Below are positions 1-10,291 of a stretch of 64,000 bases of DNA, one piece after another. The translations under genes were made by a program, and so were the position numbers. The stretch lies in IMG/VR virus record IMGVR_UViG_3300028883_000046, positions 11,718 through 75,717 of that record; one strand, written 5' to 3'. Each line of letters opens with the position of its first letter. The first letter of the stretch is position 1. The notes beneath the pieces are model-generated. The model saw only the letters and a list, made by a program, of their open reading frames with translations, was not told the DNA's origin and did not search any database. Origin of the DNA: a virus.

Positions 1-2
1 GC

Positions 3-464
3 CAAGAAACCTATATTGATATAAGCGAATTGGAAGAAGTACTTCTAACTCGGCTGGAAAAGTTCGAGAAAAGAATTTTTTCCAAGGCTCTTATGACAGA
101 AATTGGAAACTTCGCCATGACCAAAATCAAAGTTCGAACGAGCGAAGGAAAAGACGTAGAAGGAAGATATTTCAAACCCTACACCGCAAAGTATAAAATG
201 TTCAGGAGAGAAAAAGGTCTACCGACAAATGTGGTAGACCTGTTCCGTACGGGCTCAATGTTGTCTTCTATGACGTATGATCCTTATGAACGATATGTAA
301 AGATCTTTTTTCTAAATACTTCTGATGAATTCAACGTAAAGAATCCGAAGAAAGCTTTTTTCCTGAATCAGAAAAGACGTTTTTTTGCCTTGTCTAAAGA
401 CGAGGTGGACAAGATTGTCAATATGTGTATCGATTACTATAACAACTTGCTCGACAATATGTAA
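3..464 (+). CDS. Virion morphogenesis / tail completion protein (Mu gpG / P2 gpS-like), probably 5'-truncated
   Basis: Frame open from window start; 'GKDVEGRYFKPYT..Y', 'DLFRTGSMLSS' and 'RRFFALS' resemble this family; lies upstream of tail genes. Confidence 0.6.
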   Translation, partial: QETYIDISELEEVLLTRLEKFEKRIFSKALMTEIGNFAMTKIKVRTSEGKDVEGRYFKPYTAKYKMFRREKGLPTNVVDLFRTGSMLSSMTYDPYERYVKIFFLNTSDEFNVKNPKKAFFLNQKRRFFALSKDEVDKIVNMCIDYYNNLLDNM

Positions 465-481
465 CCGAGGGAGCCTATCTG

Positions 482-931
482 ATGGCCGAGAATAGTAAGC
501 GCGAGGCAATTATACTTTCCGATATAGCCTTGATTGAGTCTATACCGGCGATTAAAACGGTAGCAAGAAGACTGCCATCATTTTCTGATTTACAATCCTT
601 TGCTTCCACTCAATTCCCAGCGGTAGCAGTAGTAGGGAGAATTCCCGTTCCTGTAAATCATGTTCAAAGTAGAAATGGCCAGGTAGATCTAATTGTTTCC
701 GAGCTTCGCGTTGATGCCTATGTCTTCATTCATGAGAACGTAAACGCGGACGCGAAAATATCAAACATCCTGGACGACTTCTGGGCAGTACTTTATACCA
801 ACCCAACCAGAAATAATCTTTGTATGTTTACTTCTCTTGAGGCAACAGAAACAACCGAGACTTGGCCGCCATTTGTGGCTTTCCAGCTAACCTGTTTTCA
901 CAAATATCAACACTCTATTGGAGGAATTTAA
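482..931 (+). CDS. Putative tail terminator protein
   Basis: 149 aa, GAGGGAG RBS, directly before the tail tube gene; 'FPAVAV' motif. Confidence 0.5.
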   Translation: MAENSKREAIILSDIALIESIPAIKTVARRLPSFSDLQSFASTQFPAVAVVGRIPVPVNHVQSRNGQVDLIVSELRVDAYVFIHENVNADAKISNILDDFWAVLYTNPTRNNLCMFTSLEATETTETWPPFVAFQLTCFHKYQHSIGGI

Positions 932-933
932 TT

Positions 934-1509
934 ATGGAAGATGCCCATAGTACTTCTCTATATGCGCCTGCCGGAAGAGGTATCTTGTGGATCGCGGAAT
1001 GGGACGGTACCACACCGCCCACTGATCCTACAGATTATACCGAAATCGGTAACTGCCCGTCGTTTGAAGCGGAACCGACGGTAGAGCGGCGCCCACACTA
1101 TTCAAGCCGGTCGGGTCTTCGCACAAGAGATCTTAACCCAATCGTCCAAACGGAATACAATATTACTTTCGAATGCGACGAACTATCGGCGAAGAACCTT
1201 TCAAGATTTTTCCTGGGTACGTTGAACACTACCACAGGCAGAATCGCCGGGCTTCAAAACGCGGACAAAGAATACGCCTTGAAGTTCGTTTCCGACAACC
1301 CAATCGGGCCGAATGCTACCTATTACTTTCATCGGGTAACAATTGGTCCAAACGGATCTTTGCAACTTATCGGCGATGATTATCTGGTCATGAGCTTTAC
1401 CGGTGAAGGTCTTGCGGACGTGGCAAATCATGCTTCCAGCCCGTACTTCGATATCGCTTACCAGACCACGACCACCACGACAACTTCTACTACCAGCACA
1501 ACCGCTTAA
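934..1509 (+). CDS. Major tail tube protein with C-terminal poly-Thr tail
   Basis: ATG 934 after GGAGGA; 'EIGNCPSFE', 'LQLIGDDYLVMSFTGE' tube-like motifs; ends TTTTTTTSTTSTTA; precedes chaperone and tape measure. Confidence 0.8.
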   Translation: MEDAHSTSLYAPAGRGILWIAEWDGTTPPTDPTDYTEIGNCPSFEAEPTVERRPHYSSRSGLRTRDLNPIVQTEYNITFECDELSAKNLSRFFLGTLNTTTGRIAGLQNADKEYALKFVSDNPIGPNATYYFHRVTIGPNGSLQLIGDDYLVMSFTGEGLADVANHASSPYFDIAYQTTTTTTTSTTSTTA

Positions 1510-1537
1510 TCAGTGAAGCGGTTATAGGGAGTAAAAC

Positions 1538-1936
1538 ATGAGGAAAAGAGAAGTCATTAAAATCGATGCCAGAGAGTATACCATTAAAGAACTTACGGTG
1601 GAAGAAATAATCGAGCTGACGCAAGGCTCGGTTTTCTTCTCTGATACGTTAAAAGGTAATGAAAAACAAAAACTGCCGGACAGTGACGAAATCGGAAGAG
1701 TTAAGGGAGATCTTAAAAGAGTAATGGAGAAATGTTGTGATTTTACTCCCGACGATCTTGTAAAGCTCGCGCCATCAGAGATCAATACCCTTTACGATAA
1801 ATTCAAGGAAGTAAATTCCGATTTTTTATCTTTTCTAAAAACGATGGGAGTAACAGAAATCCTGGGAAATATAAAAGAGCTGGTACTCAATCGCTTTTTA
1901 AAAACGCTTGTCACCTCATTGAGGCAGGACACTTAA
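1538..1936 (+). CDS. Tail assembly chaperone (gpG-like)
   Basis: Between tube and tape measure; 'YTIKELTVEEI'; slippery heptamer near the 3' end. Confidence 0.75.
   Translation: MRKREVIKIDAREYTIKELTVEEIIELTQGSVFFSDTLKGNEKQKLPDSDEIGRVKGDLKRVMEKCCDFTPDDLVKLAPSEINTLYDKFKEVNSDFLSFLKTMGVTEILGNIKELVLNRFLKTLVTSLRQDT
1897..1903 (+). promoter_or_regulatory. -1 programmed ribosomal frameshift site T TTA AAA
   Basis: In-frame X XXY YYZ heptamer; the -1 frame stays open to TGA 2086-2088, just before the tape measure ATG. Confidence 0.8.
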
Positions 1937-2088
1937 ACGTTTTTCAGTATGGCTTCTCATATTTTCTCCATGCTTTAAACGAGCACCAAATCATCATGAA
2001 TATAGAAAGAAAAAACATTGCCATAGCATTTAGAGTAGCACGTTATGCCACGCCAAGGGAATGGAAGAAATTCATGAAAAGGAAGTGA
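1903..2088 (+). CDS. Tail chaperone frameshift extension (gpGT-like, ~183 aa fusion with 1538 ORF)
   Basis: -1 frame reads NACHLIEAGHLNVFQYGFSYFLHALNEHQ...WKKFMKRK*; fills the gap; absent from the ORF track. Confidence 0.75.
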   Translation, partial: NACHLIEAGHLNVFQYGFSYFLHALNEHQIIMNIERKNIAIAFRVARYATPREWKKFMKRK

Positions 2089-2092
2089 AGCA

Positions 2093-4960
2093 ATGGCAGA
2101 AAACGTTGATATTATAGTTCGCCTAAAGGACGCGGCTTCCAAGGGTATAAGAGCAATTAAAGGAAGTATGGGAGAGCTTGAGAAGTCGGTCGGTAGTACA
2201 AGAAAAATATTAGGTTCAATGGTTGGGACGCTGGGAACCCTTGCCGCTACTATAGGAGCAGGGGCTTTCTTAGGAAGTGCTATAAAGACTTTTGCAGATT
2301 TTGACACCGCTATCCGATCGGCGGGTGCGGTGTCGAATGCTACTGCCGAAGAGTTGAAGGATTTAAGCGATGCCGCAAAAGAGATGGGCAAGACAACAAA
2401 GTTTTCCGCAGTACAAGCCGCGGATGGTCTTAAACTTCTCGGCATGGCTGGCTTTGAAACAAAAGAATCAATAGAAGCACTTCCTGGCGTGCTTAATCTT
2501 GCGGCCGCCGCAGGAACAGATATTGCTACCTCTGCCGATATTGCAACCAATGTTTTGTCTGGATTTGGCCTTGAAGTAGAAAATCTTGGTCAAGTCAATG
2601 ACGTACTTGTCAAAACATTTACTTCCTCGAATACCGCTGTCCAAGAGCTGGGCGAATCCTTTAAGTACGTTGGACCTTTGTTCAAAGCAGTCGGCGGTAA
2701 CTTTGAAGAGTTATTCGCTACAATAGGAAAGCTTGGCGACGTAGGTATAAAAGGAAGTCAAGCTGGTACTGCTCTTAAAGGCGCTCTTCAACAACTTCTT
2801 AACGCTACCCCAGAACAGATCAAGCTCCAAAAAGAACTTGGCGAAAGAATTGGCCAAACTTCTTTAGAAGTACTTGACGCACAGGGAAGTTTTGTTGGCT
2901 ATACAAGAATTGTAGAGCAACTATCAAAAGCGGGCGTGAACGGTTCTCAAATATTGAAGTTATTTGGTACAGAAGCGGGCCCAGCTATGGCCGCTCTTGT
3001 AGGGCAAGGCTCGGAATCAATAAAAGAACTACAAACCGCAATTGAAGAGGCAGGAGGTATATCAGAAGAAGTAGCAAAGAAAATGGGAGCTGGCCTTGGT
3101 GGTGCAATATTAGAGGCTAAGTCCGCATTTGAAGCGGTAAAGATCGCCATTGGCGAAGCGTTTTCCGAAGATCTAATCCAAGGCATTAGAGTAGCAAGAG
3201 ACTGGCTAATTGACCTTGTTGACGTTATTAAAGAACTTAAAGAAAATGGTACAATCGAGGCATGGGCAACGGTTACAAAGATCGGATTTGGAACAGTTAC
3301 TACCTCGGCAAAGATTGCCTGGGCGGCCGTGAAAGAAGTAGTAAAGGTTTTTACCGCTCTTGGCTTGTTAGCAACCGGACAGGTGAGTGCCGCAGGAGAA
3401 GCGTTAAAGGATCTTGGTAGTGATTTTGTAGCGGTCGCAGAAAGTATGCGGCAAGAAGTAGAGAAGTCCGAAGGTACAAGATTTTTCAAAATCGATACAA
3501 GTACCGGAGAGATAACCGAGGAAGTAAACGCGGTTGGCGAGCTGATTAAAAAAGCAGTAAAGACCGGTCCAATTGGGCAAGGTGTAAAAGAGGCAAGTAA
3601 AGAACTATCCGAAGCGTTGGTGCCAAAGGCTGCTCCTGTAGAGGCTTTATTAAAGGCAGAAATGACAAAGCTTTCCGCCTTACTTTCTTTAGAGTCTACA
3701 AAAATCGAGGATAGCTATGAAAGAGGATTGATTGATCTTGAAACCTATTACAACGAAAGAGCAAAGATCATTCAAAGAAAGATGGAGCAGGAGATCCAAC
3801 TTCTTAGCCAAAAAGCATCAAGCGAAACCGACCTCGGAAAGAAAGAACTACTAAACGCCCAAATCTTTGCTAAAGAGCAAGAATTACAGGCCGCCCTTCT
3901 CAGCCTTGAGACTGAAAGATATAGAGAGCAAGACCGACTTGCTCAAGAAAGATTGTCTAAGGATCAAGCTCTAAACCAGCTCAAGCTGAAAGCAGAGCAG
4001 GCCCTTGCAGATCAAAAGAAAAGACTTGCAAACGATCCGGCATATGGATTGCAAGGACAGTTTAGCGAAGAGTTGGCAAATCTACAAACCAAACACAATG
4101 CAGAACTTGAGGAAATAAATAACTTCTACGTCCGAAAACTCGATATGCTTCGCCAACAGAAAGCGGCAGAGGCAGAGATTGAAGCAATCGCCGATGAACA
4201 GAAGAAAATGATAGACGATCAGAAGCGGATGCAGAGGGAAGAAGAGTTTCGGCTGGAACAGGATCAACAAAGTAGACTTGTTAATTTTCAATTAAACAAT
4301 TATGCCAACCTTGCAGGAGGTATGGCTGATACTCTTTCCAATGCTTACGAATTGATTGGAAAAGAAAATAAAGAAATGTTTTATGCAATGAAAGCGGCCG
4401 CCATTGCAGAGGCAGTTATAAAAACAGCTCAGGCGGTCGTGAGTGCTTATGCTACCGCCGGCAACCCATACTTGGGAATTGCAATGGCCGCAATAGTTGG
4501 CGCGGCTGGTGCCGTTCAGGTAGCAAAGATCGCCTCCCAAAGCTATGCAGAAGGCGGCTTGATTGCCGGTCAATCTCCCACAAAGACTTCTGATGATAAA
4601 CTTATAAATGCTACTTCTGGTGAATTCATGCAACCAGTGGACACGGTAGATTACTATGGGTTGGGAGTTATGGAAGCATTAAGAAGAAGAGCGATTCCGA
4701 AAGATATGTTTACCGGCTTTAACATGCCAAGTATCAAATATGGACATAGACAATTTGCAGAGGGTGGCGCGGTTACCCCCGCTTCTGGTATTCCCGATCC
4801 TAATGACGTTAAGAAAGAAGGACAGAAAACAAATATTGTTAACGTCCTCGATCCAGCAGTATTTGAGCAATGGTCGGCAAGTACTCCTGGCCAAAAAAAT
4901 ATTATGAACGTTATCTCACAAAATGCTTTCGAAGTGCGCCAGATGATACTTGGCAACTAA
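2093..4960 (+). CDS. Tail tape measure protein (TP901-like core)
   Basis: 955 aa, Ala/Gly-rich helical; 'TTKFSAVQAADGLKLLGMAG', 'LPGVLNLAAA', 'GIKGSQAGTAL'. Confidence 0.92.
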   Translation: MAENVDIIVRLKDAASKGIRAIKGSMGELEKSVGSTRKILGSMVGTLGTLAATIGAGAFLGSAIKTFADFDTAIRSAGAVSNATAEELKDLSDAAKEMGKTTKFSAVQAADGLKLLGMAGFETKESIEALPGVLNLAAAAGTDIATSADIATNVLSGFGLEVENLGQVNDVLVKTFTSSNTAVQELGESFKYVGPLFKAVGGNFEELFATIGKLGDVGIKGSQAGTALKGALQQLLNATPEQIKLQKELGERIGQTSLEVLDAQGSFVGYTRIVEQLSKAGVNGSQILKLFGTEAGPAMAALVGQGSESIKELQTAIEEAGGISEEVAKKMGAGLGGAILEAKSAFEAVKIAIGEAFSEDLIQGIRVARDWLIDLVDVIKELKENGTIEAWATVTKIGFGTVTTSAKIAWAAVKEVVKVFTALGLLATGQVSAAGEALKDLGSDFVAVAESMRQEVEKSEGTRFFKIDTSTGEITEEVNAVGELIKKAVKTGPIGQGVKEASKELSEALVPKAAPVEALLKAEMTKLSALLSLESTKIEDSYERGLIDLETYYNERAKIIQRKMEQEIQLLSQKASSETDLGKKELLNAQIFAKEQELQAALLSLETERYREQDRLAQERLSKDQALNQLKLKAEQALADQKKRLANDPAYGLQGQFSEELANLQTKHNAELEEINNFYVRKLDMLRQQKAAEAEIEAIADEQKKMIDDQKRMQREEEFRLEQDQQSRLVNFQLNNYANLAGGMADTLSNAYELIGKENKEMFYAMKAAAIAEAVIKTAQAVVSAYATAGNPYLGIAMAAIVGAAGAVQVAKIASQSYAEGGLIAGQSPTKTSDDKLINATSGEFMQPVDTVDYYGLGVMEALRRRAIPKDMFTGFNMPSIKYGHRQFAEGGAVTPASGIPDPNDVKKEGQKTNIVNVLDPAVFEQWSASTPGQKNIMNVISQNAFEVRQMILGN

Positions 4961-4972
4961 GGAGAAAACAAA

Positions 4973-6277
4973 ATGACTTTAAATGGAAAAACAACTTCTG
5001 GATCGGTTACTTCTTTTGCGGGCGCCACTGGTTTACTTCAAGCGCTACTTGACTTTGTTTCCGGTACAAAGTTAGAGGATCAAGCAACCGCAGGATCAAG
5101 TGTTGGACCGTATACCGATACGTTATCAACTCCCGTTGGTTTAGGATCAGTATTGATGAAGTATACCATTTCAGGTCTTGACTATACAGCAAGAGACGAT
5201 GGTGTTGGAGCTATAACGGGAGATTATATAGACTCTGCCTCAATCAACTATGATACAGGCGCATTAACCGTCACTCTTACAACCACACCGGATGCAAACC
5301 CAACTTATGACTATGTATATGGCGAAGACGGCGGCGATTGGGAAGTAAAGATAAATCGAAATACAAGAAATGGTAACAAAACCTCTCCCTCGGAACCATT
5401 TGGAAGTAATTGTAAGGAAGTAATTCTACATAATAGAGGATTGAGCGGTGCAGAAAATATCTTGATCGGTATAAGAGAGTGGCAATATGTAGCGGCTAAC
5501 GCATCTGGCTGGGATCTAACAGGCTTTACTTCTTATTCGGACGGCATGTATTTCGGTAGAACTTTTGAAGACCTTAGTTTAACCTATGATACTACCTGGA
5601 ACTGTTTTGAAAACGCTCCCAAACTACCGCTAATTGACGATACAATTTACTATTGGTTTTTCAGCAATAGGCAAAGAATAATAGTTATTGCGAAAGTTCA
5701 AAGTAATTACGAATCAATCTATCTTGGATTTGCCAATAGATATGGAAACCCAGAAGACTATCCTTATCCGCTCGTTATAAAAGGGAGCTTGTACGGGAAG
5801 AAAACCATTACAGAAACATCAGAGGCAAGCCATGCATTTATTCCCTATAGTACAACTTCCGGAACCAATATGCTTCATAATGTTTTGCCAGATGGTTCTT
5901 GGTCGTTGAATTGGGGAGCTTTTTCTTCGAATTACGCCACAATCCTTTTCCCTGTGTGCAATTGGAATTCTTCCAGTAGATTACTATCCGAAACACCGAA
6001 CAAAAAAGAAGTACTTCTATCACCTGTTATGTCCCTTAGCTTGGCAAATAATTCTGTACTGCATGAACTTGATGGTGTTCTACATGCGGCCGGCGTTGGC
6101 GTTCAATCTGAGGACGAAATCAGAGGGCACGATGGCATAAAATACTTGGCATTTCAAAATATATCGAGGATCGATTACGATGATTTTATGGGAGTAGCAA
6201 ATGAGGATTATACATCTACTTCCACAACAACCACAACGACGACCACGACCACGCTAACAACAACTACTACCGAATAA
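4973..6277 (+). CDS. Virion structural (tail) protein with C-terminal poly-Thr tail
   Basis: Follows tape measure; 'YWFFSNRQRIIVIAKV..YESIYLG' resembles YuA-like virion proteins; ends TSTSTTTTTTTTTTLTTTTTE. Confidence 0.65.
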   Translation: MTLNGKTTSGSVTSFAGATGLLQALLDFVSGTKLEDQATAGSSVGPYTDTLSTPVGLGSVLMKYTISGLDYTARDDGVGAITGDYIDSASINYDTGALTVTLTTTPDANPTYDYVYGEDGGDWEVKINRNTRNGNKTSPSEPFGSNCKEVILHNRGLSGAENILIGIREWQYVAANASGWDLTGFTSYSDGMYFGRTFEDLSLTYDTTWNCFENAPKLPLIDDTIYYWFFSNRQRIIVIAKVQSNYESIYLGFANRYGNPEDYPYPLVIKGSLYGKKTITETSEASHAFIPYSTTSGTNMLHNVLPDGSWSLNWGAFSSNYATILFPVCNWNSSSRLLSETPNKKEVLLSPVMSLSLANNSVLHELDGVLHAAGVGVQSEDEIRGHDGIKYLAFQNISRIDYDDFMGVANEDYTSTSTTTTTTTTTTLTTTTTE

Positions 6278-6296
6278 AGTATAAGGAGAAGAAAAA

Positions 6297-7214
6297 ATGC
6301 CTTACGTCCTGTCCGAAGATATTCGTTACAACCCGACCGATACTATGGAAGCACTGGACTACATTCGCCAATTTGCTTTGACGATTGGTTGGACCGTAGA
6401 TAATTGGGACGGCTATCGCTTGCAACTCTTCTCTCCTGGTTATTCTATTCAAAATCTTTGTTACAGATTAGAAGTAGAAACGATTGACGCCCAAGTCCAA
6501 ACTCTTGAATATAGACCGGTCATACCAGGTCAAAGACTTGTAAATATGGAACTAATGACCTCAACTTATATTTGGAATACTTCTTCCTCATATGGCAAAG
6601 TCTCTCTTCCTGCAAGTTCTTTCGATGCGCTGTACCTCTATGGGAACTCGCATTTTATAGCCGCGATTTTTCATGTTGATCCGATAGCGGTAATTACGGT
6701 TGCAATTGGCATCCCAGATCTATGGCCGTCTTGGTACTACTCTCTTGATTTCTCTTGCCACTTTCCTTGTAGCTACTATAGCGATACTTCTTCATATCAG
6801 TGGTACAACATGGCAGACAATATTAGCAATTGGTATATGCCGTGGACTTACATGGTCTCTTATGTTTATTGCGCCTGGTTTCAGGGAGAAGCAATTAATT
6901 CAAATAACTTTACAGGAAACTATCTGCCAACCACAGCCGTTGCAATAGGAGCAGAGGCGGGATCATTTAACAAACTAAACGGATTACTTCGTTATAACGA
7001 GTATACCAACAAGCGAATGGCTTTTCAATCAACGTACTTTGTTAAGTCGGAAACATTGGGCGTTTGGTACCCGATCGGTTTGTCACCCTTCGCCTGGATC
7101 AACGGAAGAGATCTTTCAATTGGTGAAGTAGTAGAGTTTGGAGCGGATCAATACAGATGTTTTCCAGCAGTATTCTCGCCAAATGAAATTTGGCAAGCTT
7201 ATAGGATATCCTAA
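6297..7214 (+). CDS. Virion structural (tail) protein
   Basis: AAGGAG RBS; 'FALTIGWTV' N-terminus like 13258 ORF; tail module context. Confidence 0.55.
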   Translation: MPYVLSEDIRYNPTDTMEALDYIRQFALTIGWTVDNWDGYRLQLFSPGYSIQNLCYRLEVETIDAQVQTLEYRPVIPGQRLVNMELMTSTYIWNTSSSYGKVSLPASSFDALYLYGNSHFIAAIFHVDPIAVITVAIGIPDLWPSWYYSLDFSCHFPCSYYSDTSSYQWYNMADNISNWYMPWTYMVSYVYCAWFQGEAINSNNFTGNYLPTTAVAIGAEAGSFNKLNGLLRYNEYTNKRMAFQSTYFVKSETLGVWYPIGLSPFAWINGRDLSIGEVVEFGADQYRCFPAVFSPNEIWQAYRIS

Positions 7215-7215
7215 T

Positions 7216-8316
7216 ATGTCTACCTTAGATGGTATTATTCAAACGATATTTACCGCTGAGAGATTAAGCCAGCCTGTTCGACAGTATGATCTTGTGGTTG
7301 GTGACAAAAGCACTCATGAAAAGCTACCAACCGAATATTGGCAAACAGACGTTGGTGTGGGAAGTGATAATCAAATATGCGGAGAAGTAGTAAGACAAAC
7401 GCAACCGGTAACACCTGGGTATGAAGATGGTATGCTTTCTACTTTTACCGGTTCAGATTTTTACTTCGAAAGAATTTGGGTTGAACCTATTCGGTTTGAT
7501 CTACAGTTTATCGTTGAAGACTTAACCAGGGAGTTAAAAGTATGGAACGCCTGGAGAAGCAAAAACGTTCAATTGACCGACGTACAAGTGTTAGAGCAAG
7601 AAGGAACTTATCTTGAATACCCGGATCTTCCAGATACGTTGGGAACCTTTGGTGACACTATATACACTTTAAATATATATGGTGACGGACCGCCCTTACA
7701 GGATACGCAATACAAATTAACAATCGATGGCTGGGAAGTAACCATCTACATAACCGGTGTTCGAATCATACCTTGGGATTTAATGCCAAACTGGCAAGAT
7801 CAATTAGAAATTTCCTATGAGTTTGCAACAACGATTTGGACGAACGATAGATTTAAAGAGCAGAGAAGAGCATTATCAAGAGAGAGTTGGTTTTTACTAC
7901 AGGCAACATATGATGCTTCCGGGAATAGAAGTAGAAAGATTTTAAATCTTATTGGATATGGAAAAGACAAAGTATTTGGTCTACCAGTCTATAACGAAAT
8001 GCTAACCGCTTCCGAAATAAGCGGCACGACGATAACAGTAAATGAGGACTTTACCTATTATTATAATCTTATAAACAGAAGCAGTTATATCATTATCGTG
8101 GATCATGAGTTTGGTCTTGCAGAGATAAAGGAAATCTCTTCTGTAAACGCTCCAAATGAAATCGTCTTGAGCCAAACAATTTCAGAAACCTTCGATCCTA
8201 AATATACTATTATCTATCCTGCGGCATTCGTTATTATTGGATCGTATTCTGGAACAAATATCACCGATGATTTTGACGAAGTAAAAGTAGAATTTAAGGA
8301 ATTCAAAAATGGATAG
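7216..8316 (+). CDS. Virion structural / tail tip protein
   Basis: ATG 7216 after the upstream stop; 'VWNAW', 'PNW...YEFAT...EQRRAL' as in YuA/GTA-like tip modules. Confidence 0.55.
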   Translation: MSTLDGIIQTIFTAERLSQPVRQYDLVVGDKSTHEKLPTEYWQTDVGVGSDNQICGEVVRQTQPVTPGYEDGMLSTFTGSDFYFERIWVEPIRFDLQFIVEDLTRELKVWNAWRSKNVQLTDVQVLEQEGTYLEYPDLPDTLGTFGDTIYTLNIYGDGPPLQDTQYKLTIDGWEVTIYITGVRIIPWDLMPNWQDQLEISYEFATTIWTNDRFKEQRRALSRESWFLLQATYDASGNRSRKILNLIGYGKDKVFGLPVYNEMLTASEISGTTITVNEDFTYYYNLINRSSYIIIVDHEFGLAEIKEISSVNAPNEIVLSQTISETFDPKYTIIYPAAFVIIGSYSGTNITDDFDEVKVEFKEFKNG

Positions 8317-8941
8317 TCTACTTGATATTGGTGGCGAGACTGAGTTTCCTTTCCTCATGGATTGGAGCACCAACCCGATAAACAAGTTTCAGATAACCAG
8401 AAACTTGTTTGAATATAGAGGCACAGCCTCAAAGATTGAACAGCAAAATCCAGAGACGCCTATAAATGTAGAAGCAGATTTTTACTTCGAAAATAAAGAA
8501 GCGGAATATACCTTTCTTGATTTTATTCACGGCAGGATTGGCAAGACAAAACGTTTTTGGCTACGCCACCCAAAACAAATGTTCCGTTTGACCGAGGGAG
8601 TATCAAATGGATCGGTAGTAATGAGGTGCGAACCAAATAACTTTGATTTGTTTCATGTAGGACATGAAAGAATTTATATTGAAATGAATACTGGCGATAC
8701 ACTCACAAGGCATGTAGAGAACGCTACCTATGACAGTGTAAACGAAGAGTTGAATTTAGAGATTGCCAGTGCAATTGATAGAAGTATTGATCTAACAAAT
8801 TACTATATTATTGGAAGATATTATTTGATGCGTTTTGACGTTGATGCATTTCGGTTAAAGATTATTAGTAATACAAAGAGCCAAATCAGTCTCCGCTTTG
8901 TAGAAGTTATCCGAGACTATGACGCATTAGCGGCCGATTAA
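8309..8941 (+). CDS. Distal tail-like protein
   Basis: 'FIHGRIGKTKRFWL' Dit-like motif; coupled to neighbours. Confidence 0.5.
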   Translation: MDSLLDIGGETEFPFLMDWSTNPINKFQITRNLFEYRGTASKIEQQNPETPINVEADFYFENKEAEYTFLDFIHGRIGKTKRFWLRHPKQMFRLTEGVSNGSVVMRCEPNNFDLFHVGHERIYIEMNTGDTLTRHVENATYDSVNEELNLEIASAIDRSIDLTNYYIIGRYYLMRFDVDAFRLKIISNTKSQISLRFVEVIRDYDALAAD

Positions 8942-8962
8942 GATTAATAAGAGGATAGAAAA

Positions 8963-9775
8963 ATGACGGAATTCGACGACAACTTAGAAGGCATAGAAGT
9001 AGAACCTGTTCCTGAATTCTACGTTCTTACAACAGGAAGTACTGTAGAAAGATACACTTCCTACTCAAGATCTTTAACCTTTCTTGGTAACTACTATGCG
9101 GCCGCTTCCATAACAAGGGGCAACTTAAAACAGGATAACAACTTTGGCATAACTACTTTGACAGTGACAAGTCCGATAACTCCCTCGATTGCGAAGTATG
9201 TTCCTAATCAACCAATTGAGCCTGTCAATATAGTAGTATATCGAAGCCATATTGATAATCTGGATCAGTATGAGATTTTTTTCAAGGGAGAAATCAAATA
9301 CGTTCAATTGCGCGGTCGGCTTGCATCCGCGCAATGCGAAGCAAAGAATAAATATATGTTAACAAAGATTCCTAACGTCATATATCAATCCGGTTGCAAC
9401 CATGATATATACGACGATGGGTGTCAAGTAGATCCATTTCTATGGAGAAGAAGCGCTACCATCACTGGCATATCAGGGTCGAGCCTAACTTTTTCTTTTA
9501 CTGACGGGTTATCCGCTGTGGCGGTAGAGTACTTCACGGGCGGTAGAATAAACTTTCAAAATGACGTTAGATTGATTACCGGCAATTCAGTTTTAAATAC
9601 TTTAGATCTTCATATTCCTTTTGATTCAAGATTGTCGGTTGGCTCTTCTGTTTATTTATATCCTGGTTGTGACGGAAATCCCGCAACATGCAATGGGAAG
9701 TATAACAACCTAATACACTTCCTTGGGATGCCATATATACCTTCAACCAACCCAGTTATATGGGGGTTTAAATAA
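8963..9775 (+). CDS. Tail tip hub protein (DUF2163/BR0599, lambda gpL-like Cys cluster)
   Basis: 'YQSGCNHDIYDDGC' and C-terminal 'PGCDG...C..KYNN..HFLGMPYIP..NP'. Confidence 0.85.
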   Translation: MTEFDDNLEGIEVEPVPEFYVLTTGSTVERYTSYSRSLTFLGNYYAAASITRGNLKQDNNFGITTLTVTSPITPSIAKYVPNQPIEPVNIVVYRSHIDNLDQYEIFFKGEIKYVQLRGRLASAQCEAKNKYMLTKIPNVIYQSGCNHDIYDDGCQVDPFLWRRSATITGISGSSLTFSFTDGLSAVAVEYFTGGRINFQNDVRLITGNSVLNTLDLHIPFDSRLSVGSSVYLYPGCDGNPATCNGKYNNLIHFLGMPYIPSTNPVIWGFK

Positions 9776-10290
9776 TGTTGATTCCTTTTTTTCATGAAGA
9801 AGAGAGATGGCAAGCCTTTAGTAAAGAAGTACAGTCTTGGGAGGGCACGCCATATCGTCACCAAACGATGATAAAAGGGCGTGGCGCAGATTGCACGATG
9901 TTTATCGGAGCTGTTTGGTTGAGTATGGGAATACTTACGGAAGTCAAATCTGATTACTATGCAAAAGATTGGCACTTGCATAACAAAGAAGAGTTTGTCC
10001 TCGATCAATTTCACGAGCATTGGAACAAATTTGCCGGTGAAGGATTGAAAATAATAAAAGTAAACTCAAGGGAGATAGATACTTTTTATCGAGGCGACGT
10101 TCTTTGCTTCTCTTGCACACCTACAGGTATAACAAATCATGCCACCATTTGGTTCGGATATTTTGAGAAGACAAAAGAGAAAAATCAAATGTATAACTCG
10201 ATAAACGGGCATGGCGTTTGTCGTCTAACGTATGGAAGTTTTTGGCAAAAGAGATTGACCACAATTTTTAGAGTAGTATTGGAGGCATAG
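9775..10290 (+). CDS. NlpC/P60 tail-associated peptidase (gpK-like position)
   Basis: 'WEGTPYRHQ...GADC' catalytic Cys, 'GDVLCF', 'NHATI' His. Confidence 0.85.
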   Translation: MLIPFFHEEERWQAFSKEVQSWEGTPYRHQTMIKGRGADCTMFIGAVWLSMGILTEVKSDYYAKDWHLHNKEEFVLDQFHEHWNKFAGEGLKIIKVNSREIDTFYRGDVLCFSCTPTGITNHATIWFGYFEKTKEKNQMYNSINGHGVCRLTYGSFWQKRLTTIFRVVLEA

Positions 10291-10291
10291 G

